Shown piece after piece: positions 9,141 to 10,956 of a stretch of 10,956 nucleotides of DNA. The position numbers were made by a program, and so were the translations under genes. Origin of the DNA: Selaginella moellendorffii. Taxonomy: Eukaryota; Plantae; Lycopodiophyta. Position 1 is the stretch's first letter. Every line of letters starts with the position of its first letter. The stretch spans positions 1 to 10,956 of the forward strand of contig NW_003314585.1 in assembly GCF_000143415.4 (NCBI RefSeq), given 5' to 3'. The notes beneath the pieces are model-generated. The model was not told the DNA's origin and did no database searches. It saw only the letters and a list, made by a program, of their open reading frames with translations.

Positions 9141-10066
9141 TAACTCTTTGAGATCTATGAACACCCACTCACAATCTGTAGACCAAATGAAAAATGACAT
9201 TAATAACTTTAGCAACACTTGCAACTGTGCAATGCAATTAGAAAGATAATCCAAAAAACGACCAAGATATTGCACCTTTCCCAGGAAACACTACACATCA
9301 TTCACACACTTTGGAGTAGGGAACTTTAGAATAGGCACAATTTTGTTAGGATCAACTTACAAGCTCTCACAAGAAATATAATACTCAAGATAAATTGTGT
9401 TCTTGGATCTAAACATGCACTTCAACCGCTTCAACTTTAAACTAATGTCCCATAGCTGATCCAACACTTTATGAATATCACGAATATGTTCCTCCCACAT
9501 TTTCTCTAAGTGGATCAAGACATCATTAATGAAGTTAGCAGTCACTTCTAGCATATCACAAAGAATCTCATCCATCATCTATTGAAAAGTCGCTGGAGCA
9601 TTATTCAAACTAAATGGTATCACCAAGAATTCATATAAACCAAACGGTGTACGAAAAGCAATTTTAGGAATATCTTTTTTTGCCATCGGTACCCAGAAGT
9701 AAGATCTAGCTTGGTGAACTAATGACTTCTCCCTAGACAATCCAAAAGATCAATAGTGTGAGGAAGAGGGTACACATTAGGGATCGTCACTTTGTTTAAT
9801 GGACGATAGTCGATACAGAAACAAATGCTCCTATCAGGCTTCATCACAAAATGAGGTTCACACACCCAAGGACTCTATGACTTTCGAATAACACCCTTTT
9901 CCAACATCTCCTTGACATTTGCATGTAAAATTTTGATCACTTTGAGTGACCGACAACGAATAGGAATTTTGATTGGACGAGCATCCTTAGTTGGAATTAG
10001 ATGACATGTGGCAACCTTAGCCTCAGTTGATAAGTCAAATTCAAAGAGATTGACATACTCTTTCAT
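9141..10066 (-). pseudogene. pol: Reverse transcriptase remnant of element 2
   Basis: [60 protein letters not shown] (9533-9522), LKLKRLKC, VDPNKI and FLG. Confidence 0.95.
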
Positions 10067-10259
10067 GAGCTAGTCAACTATTGCAATACAAAGACCATCA
10101 AAGGGATCAAAAAAGGGAAGTGCAGAACAAGACGGAAACATAGGAGGAAGTAATGAGGGGACAAACGTAATGGAAATAGAATTAGAAGCAAAGGGACAAA
10201 GAAGTACGAAAGTGAAAGGAATTGATAAAATATAAGGAAGTATGAGACAAGAGGGAGAA

Positions 10260-10560
10260 GCCTCAAAGTCACACTTGGCATGATTGTGCTGCAACCAATT
10301 CATACTAAAAATGAGGTTAAAAGCTTGATTTGGCACCACTTGCAATAACTACAACCCAAGCTCGAGATCCCCTATAGCACAACTAGGTTTGTCTCATCCC
10401 GTGCACATGCACGTATACAGCTGTTGCCATAAAGAATGAAAACTAGCTCTGTTGCATGACCCAAATGTAGACGCCAACATGTGGCAATAAGTTGAGCAAT
10501 AGAAGATAAACTTAAACCTATATCAACTAACACAGAGAGAATAATATGAAACCTTTTGTT
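10260..10560 (-). pseudogene. Aspartic protease remnant of element 2
   Basis: LSVLVDIGLSLSSI has DTG decayed to DIG (10524-10516). LQVVPNQAFNLIFSMNWL matches the ILGMDWL motif. Confidence 0.85.
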
Positions 10561-10641
10561 ATAAAAACAAACTTAGAAAGTAAATACTAGATGAACTGGT
10601 GCCAAGTGAACCCCTTGATGGTACTCTTGAAAGAAAAATAA

Positions 10642-10701
10642 AGGGGTCACTGATTTATTCAGGTAAGATCCTTCTGTTACTCGTGTGATTCTTTATTTCC
10701 C
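10642..10701 (-). other. Putative -1 programmed ribosomal frameshift signal (slippery heptamer plus decayed pseudoknot)
   Basis: ccG GGA AAT (10701-10695) is in gag phase, the gag stop is at 10679-10677, and the -1 frame runs to the protease D(T)G motif. Confidence 0.7.
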
Positions 10702-10956
10702 GGATGCATCTCGATGTCTAGACCTTTCATTGCAGCAGCACCAACAGGACATTGTTGATGCCAAGGTCTCCACCCAGGAAATGGAGGCCACCAATCCGAA
10801 AAATGTTGACAACACTAATAAGTGTGACCAACTTCATCACACATGTTTCAGCATACATTATGCCCACGCCTACGTCCTCACCCTTATCCTTAATTCGAGC
10901 AACAGTAGCATCACCTTCATAGTGACGGTCACGCAGTACCCACCTCTCTCCGGGCT
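10677..10956 (-). pseudogene. gag: Gag C-terminal remnant of element 2 with zinc knuckle
   Basis: C*NMCDEVGHTY*CC at 10853-10809 is CCHC-like. The frame then stays open to ...MHPGNKESHE*. Confidence 0.8.

Larger units (their letters stand above)
7030..10956 (-). mobile_element. Decayed Ty3/Gypsy LTR retrotransposon without chromodomain or aRH (element 2); 5' part lies beyond the window end
   Basis: Gag knuckle, protease, RT, RNase H, integrase, PPT and a short LTR in canonical Gypsy order on the minus strand, with many stops and frameshifts. Confidence 0.95.

Overview
Eukaryotic repetitive DNA, probably from a land plant (inferred from CG/CHG/CHH-type C>T decay and Tat-like domains). It holds no intact gene. 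Two decayed Ty3/Gypsy LTR retrotransposons face each other tail to tail. Element 1 (+ strand, 1 to about 5270) is old and CpG-depleted. Its domain order is unusual: Gag(CCHC)-protease-archaeal-type RNase H (aRH)-RT-degenerate truncated native RNase H-integrase-PPT-3' LTR. It carries a 114-bp tandem duplication, a 154-bp foreign insertion and several deletions. Element 2 (- strand, 10956 to about 7030) retains more CpG, has no chromodomain or aRH, and has a very short candidate 3' LTR (about 176 bp). Its gag and pol are in different frames, joined by a correctly phased G GGA AA(C>T) -1 slippery site and a decayed pseudoknot-like structure. Between the elements lies about 1.8 kb of very CpG-poor DNA with a 26-bp tandem duplication, a 16-bp palindrome and a decayed 158-codon minus-strand reading frame of unknown identity. 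Domain calls come from hand translation and motif recognition only, and boundaries are approximate.
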